Part shown: positions 19,136-27,744 of the stretch, one piece after another | How positions within the stretch are numbered: position 1 is the stretch's first letter | Layout: the number at the start of each line of letters is the position of its first letter | Origin: Candidatus Peregrinibacteria bacterium | GTDB taxonomy: Bacteria > Patescibacteriota > Gracilibacteria > UBA1369 > UM-FILTER-53-11 | Assembly (NCBI GenBank): GCA_016186205.1 | Contig: JACPMA010000016.1 | Location: forward strand, 30,978 to 94,977 | DNA length: 64,000 bases | Direction of reading: 5' to 3' | Position numbers and translations under genes: made by a program | Notes under the pieces: generated by a model | What the model saw: the letters and a program-made list of their open reading frames with translations, nothing else | Database searches by the model: none | What the model was told of the DNA's origin: nothing

Positions 19136-19266
19136 AGACGAAAATTCCGCAATTTGATAAAGATTATTTGCGGCGATGCAAACACAGTTCGCCAGAGACA
19201 AAATTGAAGTGGCTTGCGGCCGCGCTTGACTTTGCTCAAACAAAAAAGAAAACTGTGAAGAAGTGA
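19132..19266 (+). CDS. 44-aa ORF translationally coupled to the MNT-like gene
   Basis: Below the ORF-track size cut-off. Its ATG overlaps the upstream TGA (ATGA). Product: MKTKIPQFDKDYLRRCKHSSPETKLKWLAAALDFAQTKKKTVKK. Confidence 0.35.
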   Translation: MKTKIPQFDKDYLRRCKHSSPETKLKWLAAALDFAQTKKKTVKK

Positions 19267-19379
19267 AAGCGCGCCATTGATCGGAGATAACTATAGGGGA
19301 GATGAGAGCCAGTATGCCCAGAGTTACCAGAAGCGTGAAAATGTTTGAGCCTAAAGTTTCCGAAACAGCGACCTCGATT

Positions 19380-20771
19380 CTATCCCTCAAATGAACACCA
19401 TTCAATAAGTTTTTCAGGATTTTTTCTCCATTCGCCTTCCCATTTTTCCATGACCCAGCGCCCCGGAGATTTTTCATGCACAAAAACAAATTCTTTTATT
19501 GGCTTGAGGTAGATTGATTCATCTTCATTCTTCTCATTCAATATCTTAAAAGATTGAAGATTTGAAGTTGCAATTTCAAGAATTTGCTTACAATAATCCA
19601 GTAATTTTTTACCACGCAACGCAGCAAACATGCCGTTTTTAGCTATATCTTCTCCAATCATGCAGAAATCCATAAAACTCCAATCTTTGGTTAATTGCGT
19701 TATTAGCCGTTCACCGTCGGGATGGTAGACAAATGCTTTTACGACTGCTTGCAAAGAAGGAATGAGGAACGGCGGCAGACTGTCGCATACGCGCAGTTCC
19801 ATATACTGTTTTATTCTTATATCGGTATAAATAAAACTTACGTGGAGGATCCAGTCATCCAAAGTTGGACGAAATCCTCCGTATCCATTTTTCATAAATC
19901 CAGCGAACGTAGTATTTTTAATTGGTATCCATTTTTCATCACGGAATATCGTCACCATAGGAACTTTTTTACAAAAATCAATCCATTCCTTGAAACCGAA
20001 ATTTTTACTGAAGAAAATTTTTCGAATCCCAAACCGACGGCGATCCAGTTTTCTCAAAATATGAGTCCGATAACTCACGAACCCCGTATTCACCCCGTCT
20101 TTCAGCGGAGAATGGGCATACATGGCGCCTATAAAAGGCGCCAATCGAAGGAGAATATGGCATTTCCGCCTCGCGTCTTCTTCGGAGGTATAGTCAATAT
20201 TTGCTTGGATTGAACAGAGTTTATGCCAAGTTTCCGTCCATAGTTTTGATTTGCGTCTGAAAAAATCTTCCAAAATATTGAATCGATTGAGTGGAGTTCG
20301 TCTATGCTTTACCGGATCACTTTTGAATGGTTGATATCCCATGCCAAACCACACAACATCAAAAATTTGCGACATTTCCGAAAGTTCGTGCTGGTGAATT
20401 CTAAGCTCGCGCGCTAGATCGTGAATTGACGTATGGGTTCTGCCGGACAGTTCGCAAACGTCTTCGCAGTATTCAAGAGTCAAACGGCTTTCCCCCCGGC
20501 TCATTGATGTAATATAGGCACCTTCTTCGCGCTCCGCGACCCAATTAAGCTCCTCAATAAGTTTTTTTTGGATATTCTGAAAACCGTTGGGGTCAAGATA
20601 AGTAACAGGCTGAAGATTATTTCTGCGAATTCCGTGTTTTTCTACTTCCATTCCAATTTTCACTTCTTCCGGTTTTTTACATCCTGCTTTGTAGTATTCA
20701 AGCAGGTCATTTTCGGATATTGGTATTTTTGAAGCGAATTGTTGATATTGTGAATTTGGCTGATAGCCCAT
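19380..20771 (-). CDS. Glutamate--cysteine ligase family protein (GCS2 / plant-type-like)
   Basis: 463 aa. KIGMEVEKHGI (cf. GTEHEKFGF) and LTLEYCEDVCELSGRTHTSIHDL (cf. [21 protein letters not shown]), recalled from plant-type GCL. Not verified by search. Confidence 0.5.
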   Translation of the reverse strand: MGYQPNSQYQQFASKIPISENDLLEYYKAGCKKPEEVKIGMEVEKHGIRRNNLQPVTYLDPNGFQNIQKKLIEELNWVAEREEGAYITSMSRGESRLTLEYCEDVCELSGRTHTSIHDLARELRIHQHELSEMSQIFDVVWFGMGYQPFKSDPVKHRRTPLNRFNILEDFFRRKSKLWTETWHKLCSIQANIDYTSEEDARRKCHILLRLAPFIGAMYAHSPLKDGVNTGFVSYRTHILRKLDRRRFGIRKIFFSKNFGFKEWIDFCKKVPMVTIFRDEKWIPIKNTTFAGFMKNGYGGFRPTLDDWILHVSFIYTDIRIKQYMELRVCDSLPPFLIPSLQAVVKAFVYHPDGERLITQLTKDWSFMDFCMIGEDIAKNGMFAALRGKKLLDYCKQILEIATSNLQSFKILNEKNEDESIYLKPIKEFVFVHEKSPGRWVMEKWEGEWRKNPEKLIEWCSFEG

Positions 20772-20995
20772 ACGAAACGTACCTTAATAAAATAATGGGG
20801 AGGAGAAATCCTTAGGATGTTTTCTTGCGCCGACTTGATTAGAATTTAATTTTAGGTTTTTTTGGAAAAAAAACAATAGACTCAAAATAAATTGTATTTT
20901 TGTCTAATCTGCATTACAGAATAGTCAGAATTAATGATTAGTTTTTGGCAATATTCTTATGATTGCGAAAATTTGTGTATATATTATGATGCACC

Positions 20996-21394
20996 TCATC
21001 CGGATTGTTGTCGGCGCTTTTCAATACGGCGAAGCTCTTTGTCTGTGAATCCAAAATGATGACCGATCTCATGCCAAACAACATCACGCACAAGTTCTTT
21101 GAGCGAATAATCGTCTGTCGCGAGGCTTTCTATGGATTGTTTAAAGATAGTTATCTTGTCAGGTAAGACGCCGCTTTGAGTTTTCCCCCATTGCGTCTGC
21201 GGTACTCCTTCATAGAGGCCGAGCAGCACTCCACGATTCCCAATTGCAATTTCATTAGTGTGTTTTTTTCGCGGGGAATTTTCAATGACAATCGCCACAT
21301 TAGAAACGGCGTCGCGAAGTTTTTTAGGGAGTGATGAGAGCGCGGCAGCAACGAGTTTTTCAAATCGCAATGTATCCACTATGTCATTGTACAT
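20996..21394 (-). CDS. Small zinc metallopeptidase-family protein (Zincin_1/DUF1025-like)
   Basis: 132 aa with C-terminal VVWHEIGHHFGFTD (HExxH). Abuts the upstream tspO-like gene. Confidence 0.6.
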   Translation of the reverse strand: MYNDIVDTLRFEKLVAAALSSLPKKLRDAVSNVAIVIENSPRKKHTNEIAIGNRGVLLGLYEGVPQTQWGKTQSGVLPDKITIFKQSIESLATDDYSLKELVRDVVWHEIGHHFGFTDKELRRIEKRRQQSG

Positions 21395-21793
21395 TTATTT
21401 CCAATTTATAGCCGTAATGGTGAGCTGGAGTACTGTTGCAAAAGACACCCAGAAAAAATAGGGTACATTTATTAATGCTATCCATTTTCTGTGAGGATAC
21501 ATGACAAGCAGAGCCCATATGAGTGTTGCAAGAACTAAGATTATATCGACTGCGGCGAGAATATTATTTTGAAGGCCGAATTGAATTGGCGTAAAAGCGA
21601 AATTAAAAATAAGATTGAGAATAAACGGCAGGATGGTAGAAAATGGGATTTTACGTTTGAGGAAAAGGTATCCGGTAAACCCAAAAGAAACCGCAATAAT
21701 AAAATAAAGCACCGTCCATACGGGACCAAAGAGCCATGAAGGTGGTGCCCATGTAGGTTTTATTAACTGCTGATACCAATCGTAGGTGCTCAT
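21395..21793 (-). CDS. tspO: TspO/MBR family tryptophan-rich sensory protein
   Basis: 132 aa, 4-5 TM helices, N-terminal WYQQLIKPTWAPPSWLFGPVWTVLY signature. Confidence 0.75.
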   Translation of the reverse strand: MSTYDWYQQLIKPTWAPPSWLFGPVWTVLYFIIAVSFGFTGYLFLKRKIPFSTILPFILNLIFNFAFTPIQFGLQNNILAAVDIILVLATLIWALLVMYPHRKWIALINVPYFFWVSFATVLQLTITAINWK

Positions 21794-22024
21794 GATGGTA
21801 TTTTACACTAAAACAACGGCGCCAAAAGAGGCTGGCGCCTTGCCTACCGGCAGGCAGGCGCCACCATGGATTTGCAGAAGTTTTCAACTTGGCTCCCCCT
21901 AGCGGACGATTTGCGAACTAAGTGTTATGAAGCAATTCTGCTTTTAAGTAGGAATTTGAGGTGTAATCAAAATGCAATAGAGCCCGTTCTTTGATAAAGT
22001 AAGAAAGTTCAGTAATCTCTCAGT

Positions 22025-23026
22025 ATGCACTTAAAGGTTAATGAAGTTGTAGATATTAGCGGGTGGGAGTTTTTGGCTATTCCAATTGGTCTTGGAACAA
22101 GAGAAAAAATTGCAGTGCGAAAAACTCAAAAAGCAAAAGTATACTACATGGTAAAATCATATGATAAAGATGTAGGTGAATTGAGATCTGAAGTTTGCGC
22201 CTCGATCATAGGGAAACTTTTTGATTTTTCCGTTCAAAAATCTTTTTTATGTAAAATTCCTGATTATAAAAAACATGGATTTTCTCAGAATTTAGGTGTC
22301 TTAATACGCTTAGACATAACACGTCAACGAGATCCTCGAAATGAATCTTCACAATATAAGGAAGATCTTATTCATGGTGCCGACTTGATTAGTAGGGTAG
22401 CGCCTGATTTTCTTAAAATTCCAATAGGCGAGGAAGGCATGCGGAGGAAAATGTATACTTTGGAAGTGGTCATAAAAGCTCTTAGGGAATATGTTAGAAA
22501 AAATCCCCAAGCAGCGAAAACCATATGGATTGAGTTTTTTGAATTGACGGCTTTTGATGCTTTGATTGGAGGTACGGACAGACACTATCGTAATTGGGGG
22601 ATACTCCTTAATATAGAAAAAAATAAGAGATCATATCGAAAATTAGCACCAGCTTTTGATAATGGTATTAGTCTTCTTTGGAGAGATTCAGTTAGGTTAC
22701 GCAATCTTAATGAAAAATCGGTACGTGCTGCACCGTCGGCTTTTCGTAAGCCTCTAGGTGGACAGTATACGTTATTCGAGGTGTGCGAAATTCTTGGAAA
22801 AATTCCAGAGGTAAGAAAAAATGGTGCTGCAAAATTAGTTTTGGATAAATGTAATTCTGTGTCAGAAAATAAGCTTAAAGATGCAATTTTAAACAAAATG
22901 CCTCGCGATAAAAGTTTTGAATCAGATGAGAAAGTGCTAGCACAAATTTATGAATATGTTAAAATGAGGTTCCGAATATTGAAAGAAATTTTAAATAAAA
23001 TATATGCCCCCGCGGATATACTATAA
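22025..23026 (+). CDS. HipA-family serine/threonine kinase lacking N-subdomain 1 (HipT-like toxin)
   Basis: 333 aa. Catalytic loop GGTDRHYRNWGIL (DxHxxN) and Mg-binding LAPAFDNG, as in the HipA C-terminal kinase domain. Confidence 0.7.
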   Translation: MHLKVNEVVDISGWEFLAIPIGLGTREKIAVRKTQKAKVYYMVKSYDKDVGELRSEVCASIIGKLFDFSVQKSFLCKIPDYKKHGFSQNLGVLIRLDITRQRDPRNESSQYKEDLIHGADLISRVAPDFLKIPIGEEGMRRKMYTLEVVIKALREYVRKNPQAAKTIWIEFFELTAFDALIGGTDRHYRNWGILLNIEKNKRSYRKLAPAFDNGISLLWRDSVRLRNLNEKSVRAAPSAFRKPLGGQYTLFEVCEILGKIPEVRKNGAAKLVLDKCNSVSENKLKDAILNKMPRDKSFESDEKVLAQIYEYVKMRFRILKEILNKIYAPADIL

Positions 23027-23306
23027 TGTAGTTTACAAAAATGGCACCACAACACGTGTTGCCGAGTTTATTAAGGAAGAAAATGGGGAATTCATTTTTA
23101 GGTATTTCCCCGAAAGTAAAATTGAATTCCCAGGCTTTCCATTAAATAAAAATGAATATCGCAGTGCGGTATTATGGGAACCAATTATTTTTCGAATTCC
23201 AAATACATTACGTAATCAATATTCAGACCGTTCCCCTGAAGAGATTTTAGAAATCACTCAAGGTAAATTAGTGACTGATCATTTTGAGTTCGTTAAGCAA
23301 CCTTAG
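23004..23306 (+). CDS. HipS-like protein (resembles HipA N-terminal subdomain 1)
   Basis: 100 aa. Overlaps the kinase gene by 23 nt. The pattern NGTTTRVAEFIKEENGEFIFRYFPE...FPLNKNEYRSAVLWEPIIFRIPN...EILEITQGKLVTDHFEF parallels E. coli HipA residues about 1-100 (recalled, not aligned computationally). Confidence 0.4.
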   Translation: MPPRIYYNVVYKNGTTTRVAEFIKEENGEFIFRYFPESKIEFPGFPLNKNEYRSAVLWEPIIFRIPNTLRNQYSDRSPEEILEITQGKLVTDHFEFVKQP

Positions 23307-23307
23307 G

Positions 23308-25872
23308 CTAAGCTAAAATCTCATTCATATCATTTTCAACATTGGCTTCTTCTATAAATCGAAATTCAGCCATCTTAGGTGTTCGTGGGAAAAGCTGATT
23401 ATCCTTCCAGCTCTTTTGGATTGGCCTTTGATAGAGTCGCGTTAAATGCCGTTTGTAGTTTGTGTCAGCATTTCCAAGTAGGTGACCTCCTTTTGTTTCG
23501 ATGAGGCATATTTTGTCGAAAATTTCGCGCCCATTGCCTAGAGTGATAATAAAATCGGGGTAGAAGCGATTCTTTTTCCACGCTACGAGATAAAAGTCTT
23601 TTTTGGCTTTATTGCGATACCACCAGACAGTTTTTTTGCTGTCTTCCATACGCCATAACGCTTTATCTTCAAGATTATTTAGGTCTCCACCAATAACTGG
23701 ATCGTAGAGGCTTTTTTCGACCGATAGTTTTCTTCTAACTTCTTTTTCAAAGAAGTAATCCGCTTGAAGCACATCCAGGCCAAATTTGGGAACAAAACGA
23801 ATCTCATCACTAGCAAGTTTTTTCACAAATAATTCTCGGGCTAAGCGGTTAATTTCACCCTCTTCTTCACCGGTACCGCTTAAAATTTTACGAAGTTCAT
23901 CCAATAGAAAAATTTGATTTTTCTCAATCTCTTCATCTGAAAAATGCTTTTTTAATAAAACTAAAGCGTTTGAAATAATTTCTTCTGCCACCCAAGGATT
24001 AGGTACCTGCTCAAGGATATTTTGAACCCAAAAACTTTTTCTAATCTTTGTGTGAAATTTGCTCCTAGTGCGCTTTTCTTGCAGTTCAAGAAATTCTTCC
24101 ATATCTTCAGCGAACTCCCGTGTAAAGCCGATGGATACGGTTCTTTCTACAGCCTCACTTTCTGGATTTATGTGTACTTTTTTGAGGTTTTCCAATTTCA
24201 CTTTGCTGTAATCAATTTCTGCAAAAATATCCAAAGTTGGATCTAGCACGCGCGTGCCATCGGGTGAACGCTTATCTTGAACTACAAAAGTAGGAAGCGC
24301 AAAATCTTGCAAGCTTTTCTCAAAACGTTTACGCAAAGTTTGTTTTTTGCGTTCACCAAGTTCTGGATCGAATTTTCCTGAAGCAGAGGAGATACGCTGC
24401 ATAAGGTCTCCCATTCCGTCGTATTCAAACCCTGTCCTGATAGCTTTAATGAGTTCTTTAGATGAATCTCTTAGGCAAAACACATAGCTTTCGTCCAAAT
24501 CTTTAATCTTGGTCTTTCTAGCATACGGCTGACGTAGAACACGGCCTGTAAGCTGCGTTAAGGCTGTTTTAGAGCGAGAGCCACCTAAAACCGTCAAAGA
24601 GTAGGCAAAAGGACAGTCCCAGCCCTCCTGTAGGGCTTGTTTCGTAATTATGAATCGAATCGGGCAGGTGCTTGAAAGCAGGTCTTTGTTTTCAATGTCG
24701 TTTTTAATACTGCTCTTAATAGCTATTTCATCTTCGCGCACAAGTCCAGTGGCAATGAGATGCTCTTTAACATCGTCTGCATGAATTTTGCCTTCCTTGC
24801 GCTGATCCTTGCCCGTTGCTTCAACTTGAATTAAATTGATAGGCCGGATGTAAACGCCGGTATTTTTTTTGTATTTTTCCGCATGTAATTGAAGATTGTT
24901 TAAGTGCTCAATGGAATAATTAACAAGGCTTTTCCATTCAATCGTATCTTTTTCAATTAAATTTAGATCCAGTTTTATCATCTCTTCTTTTTCAAGTTCA
25001 CGGCCAGCAACAGAAAATAACACATTAGCCGTGTCTGTAGGAGTTGCTGTGAGCTCGCAAACGCAAGCGGGGTTACATTCTGTGATAGCACTGCTCGCAA
25101 GTTCGCTTTTTGCCTTATGCCCCTCATCCAAAATAATTAACGGCTCAAGTATTTTAACGACATTTCCAAATGAGGTTTTTACTTTGACCCCGAAGAGTGA
25201 GCCTTCTGTAGTTTCTTGATCGAGGTTTGGGAAGAACTCTAAAAGAGCTTTCTGTTTTTTCTGATCGCTCTCAAGAGGAAAGAACTCATCGAATTTTCCA
25301 TTGTCTTGAAAAAACTTTAGGTCGTCTTTTTTTATTTTATCTCTGGAAAATGATTGAAGAATCATTACGAGGACGACAAGATTTTCCTCGATATCGTTTG
25401 GAGTAAATTTTTCTTTTTTAGTCACAATCTTTACGCGATTGCCAGATATGGCATCTAACCGTTCGCGGTATGGATGTGCTCGATCTTTGAGCGCGGCAAG
25501 CGTTTGAGAGTAAATTTGTTCACTCGGTACAACCCAAAGAACAAAGCCTGTTTTCTTTTTACGAAGATGCTCTAAATAGAACTCTACCGCATAGGTTGCT
25601 AGGAGTGTTTTTCCTCCTCCTGTGGGTATTTTAAGGCAAAAGTTAGGGCATGGTTTGTTGTGTCCGGTGCGCTTATTTCTGCATGTATGATTTTCGTTGC
25701 CTTCGGTAAATAATCTATGCCATGCCTTTTCCGCTGGATTGATTTCATTACCCCATTTTTTTAGCACTTCTTTAGGGATTTTTTTAAAATCATTTTGTTC
25801 ATCGGCAAGCACTTGGAAATATCTATCCATCGCGTTCTTACAGTTGAGCTGATATTCCTTAAGCGTGTGCAT
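23308..25872 (-). CDS. res: Type III restriction endonuclease, Res subunit
   Basis: 854 aa. Helicase motif I PTGGGKT, motif II LDEGHKA, later QEGWDCP, and a C-terminal PD-(D/E)xK-like YPDFIITL...LIETKG. Sits immediately downstream of mod. Confidence 0.8.
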   Translation of the reverse strand: MHTLKEYQLNCKNAMDRYFQVLADEQNDFKKIPKEVLKKWGNEINPAEKAWHRLFTEGNENHTCRNKRTGHNKPCPNFCLKIPTGGGKTLLATYAVEFYLEHLRKKKTGFVLWVVPSEQIYSQTLAALKDRAHPYRERLDAISGNRVKIVTKKEKFTPNDIEENLVVLVMILQSFSRDKIKKDDLKFFQDNGKFDEFFPLESDQKKQKALLEFFPNLDQETTEGSLFGVKVKTSFGNVVKILEPLIILDEGHKAKSELASSAITECNPACVCELTATPTDTANVLFSVAGRELEKEEMIKLDLNLIEKDTIEWKSLVNYSIEHLNNLQLHAEKYKKNTGVYIRPINLIQVEATGKDQRKEGKIHADDVKEHLIATGLVREDEIAIKSSIKNDIENKDLLSSTCPIRFIITKQALQEGWDCPFAYSLTVLGGSRSKTALTQLTGRVLRQPYARKTKIKDLDESYVFCLRDSSKELIKAIRTGFEYDGMGDLMQRISSASGKFDPELGERKKQTLRKRFEKSLQDFALPTFVVQDKRSPDGTRVLDPTLDIFAEIDYSKVKLENLKKVHINPESEAVERTVSIGFTREFAEDMEEFLELQEKRTRSKFHTKIRKSFWVQNILEQVPNPWVAEEIISNALVLLKKHFSDEEIEKNQIFLLDELRKILSGTGEEEGEINRLARELFVKKLASDEIRFVPKFGLDVLQADYFFEKEVRRKLSVEKSLYDPVIGGDLNNLEDKALWRMEDSKKTVWWYRNKAKKDFYLVAWKKNRFYPDFIITLGNGREIFDKICLIETKGGHLLGNADTNYKRHLTRLYQRPIQKSWKDNQLFPRTPKMAEFRFIEEANVENDMNEILA

Positions 25873-25874
25873 AT

Positions 25875-27461
25875 TTATTCGGCCATTCGATAAATTTCAA
25901 ACGGGAGTTGAGCGAAACGGATGTTAAATTCCTTGAGATGGTAGTCTTCCATGAAGCAGGCAGGTGCAAAGACAAGTTTCTGACGAGCGGGGAACTGTTT
26001 ATGGATTCTTTCGGCAAAATCTAAATTGAGTGCCATTTCCTTTAATTTCTTTTTGTCTGGACTGTAAATAAGAAAAACTTCAAAAGTGCTTGATGAGCCT
26101 ATATGAAAAGTTTTTTCATTAAGTTTCTTGGCGTTAAATTTTTCACCAGTTGCAGTAAAGAATGCGTATTTTGACAAGTCTTCAAAGCTCGGGAGTTTTC
26201 TACATTCAAGAAGGTGCTCCATGTTTATTTCTTCTCCTAGTTCGTAAAACGAAAAGCTACCACCAAGGCCAGATTTTAGGGCTTCGTCTGCAGCATTTGG
26301 TATGCCTTTAATTACTCGTCTCATGCGTTCGGCAGTGATTTTGTCTGCATAATCTTCGCATTCAACTAGAATGAATTGACGATTGCCATCATCTTCTTTA
26401 TTTAGAGCTAAAACAGCGTGGCCTGTGGTTCCTGAGCCAGCAAAAGAGTCGAGGATCACGTCGTCTTTGGTCGAACTGATTGAAATTAAATGATAAATTA
26501 ATTCTATAGGTTTTGGATTATCAAATATCTCCGGCTCACCAAAAATTTCTGTTAGCATACTTTGTGCACTATCTGTACTGCCATGGTCGTCTAGTAGATT
26601 TGGCTGTGATGAATAGGTGTCCACGTCCTCGAAATCATATATTTTTAATTTTATGACATTGCCATCAATTATGAATCTTCCATTGGCTTCTAGTCCACGG
26701 GCTTTTTTCTCGCCAATTTGCCATCTTTTACCAGCTCTTGGTTTTTTTCCTAATATTTCAAATTGCATTGTTGCTCTGGCATAACTGCCGGCATTCTTTT
26801 TTTCAATAATTGTTAGTCTATAGTTTCCGAGCTTATCTTTGTGTGGATACTCTCTTGTCTCTTTTGATCTTATTCTTTGCAAAAGTTTTGCATTACCTGA
26901 CTTGCCATATACAAGTGTGTAATCCACCAAAGAGCTAACCGATGCCTCTTTCACATTTGTAGATGTTGCCTTTTTTTTCCAAAGAAAATCAGCAATAAAA
27001 TTATCTTCGCCAAAAATTTCGTCCAGCATTGATCGAAGGTGATGAAATTCATTATCATCGATGCTTATGAAAATAATCCCGTCATCTTTTAGAAGTTCAC
27101 GTAAAAGAGTAAGTCGTGGATACATCATGCAAGCCCATTTGTCGTGTCGCGTAAGATCGTCCCGTGCAACGACTTTTCCGAGCCATTCACGAATCATCGG
27201 GGAAGCCACATTGTCATTGTAGATCCAGTTTTCATTGCCAGTGTTGTACGGAGGATCAATATAAATACACTTAATTTTGCCTGCATGAGTTGGAAGTAGG
27301 GCTTTGAGTGCTTTTAAGTTATCTCCATGAATAATGAGATTGTCGTCTAGAGAGGGAGATTTACTAAGCCCCTTAGTCTTTTGAGTGACCAGATTGTGAA
27401 ATTTAACTGCGTGATGGTAGTTTTGGAGGAATGTTTTTCCCTTGAAGTGAAAAGAAGGCAT
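25875..27461 (-). CDS. mod: Type III DNA methyltransferase, Mod subunit (beta-class N6A/N4C)
   Basis: Motif IV IYIDPPYNTG precedes motif I ILDSFAGSGTTGHA, with a variable region between them. This is the typical Mod order. Confidence 0.85.
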   Translation of the reverse strand: MPSFHFKGKTFLQNYHHAVKFHNLVTQKTKGLSKSPSLDDNLIIHGDNLKALKALLPTHAGKIKCIYIDPPYNTGNENWIYNDNVASPMIREWLGKVVARDDLTRHDKWACMMYPRLTLLRELLKDDGIIFISIDDNEFHHLRSMLDEIFGEDNFIADFLWKKKATSTNVKEASVSSLVDYTLVYGKSGNAKLLQRIRSKETREYPHKDKLGNYRLTIIEKKNAGSYARATMQFEILGKKPRAGKRWQIGEKKARGLEANGRFIIDGNVIKLKIYDFEDVDTYSSQPNLLDDHGSTDSAQSMLTEIFGEPEIFDNPKPIELIYHLISISSTKDDVILDSFAGSGTTGHAVLALNKEDDGNRQFILVECEDYADKITAERMRRVIKGIPNAADEALKSGLGGSFSFYELGEEINMEHLLECRKLPSFEDLSKYAFFTATGEKFNAKKLNEKTFHIGSSSTFEVFLIYSPDKKKLKEMALNLDFAERIHKQFPARQKLVFAPACFMEDYHLKEFNIRFAQLPFEIYRMAE

Positions 27462-27487
27462 ATCGGCTCATTACATCTTTGAACCGA

Positions 27488-27648
27488 GTTCCTTTCGTAT
27501 ACCGCAAGAGAAGGGAACCCAGCTGCCGACTCACATTCAGTTACCAACAAAGGCACCCGATAGCGAGTTGCTGGGTCCCCCTCCTTACCCGTTATCGGGA
27601 GGAAGGGATTTCCCCAGCCTTTGTAAGTAATACGAATTGTGAGTCGGC
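27488..27648. other. GC-rich, highly structured non-coding element inside the island (function unknown)
   Basis: Hairpin 27488-27496/27510-27518. Nested helices follow: GCCGACTCACA(27525-35)/TGTGAGTCGGC(27638-48), ACAAAGGC(27547-54)/GCCTTTGT(27617-24), CCCGATAGC(27556-64)/GTTATCGGG(27591-99). The only ORF here (27479..27745) looks spurious. Confidence 0.5.
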
Positions 27649-27744
27649 ATCGAAAATTCTACCACGCACAACAAATAGAAGCCAAAACCGAATTCATTTT
27701 TATCTCAAAAAACGCTATTATTGGCTTTGTTTAATGAAAAAGTA

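Noticed and set aside
19130-19489. 119-aa minus-strand ORF
   Set aside because: It overlaps the 3' end of the glutamate-cysteine ligase gene and the antisense of the small coupled ORF, and has no features of its own.
21889-21925. Possible second tRNA or tRNA 3' remnant (TGGCTCCCCCTAGCGGACGATTTGCGAAC)
   Set aside because: Only the first 8 nt match the tRNA-Asn end. No T arm or cloverleaf can be drawn. Kept only as the putative left core repeat of the island.
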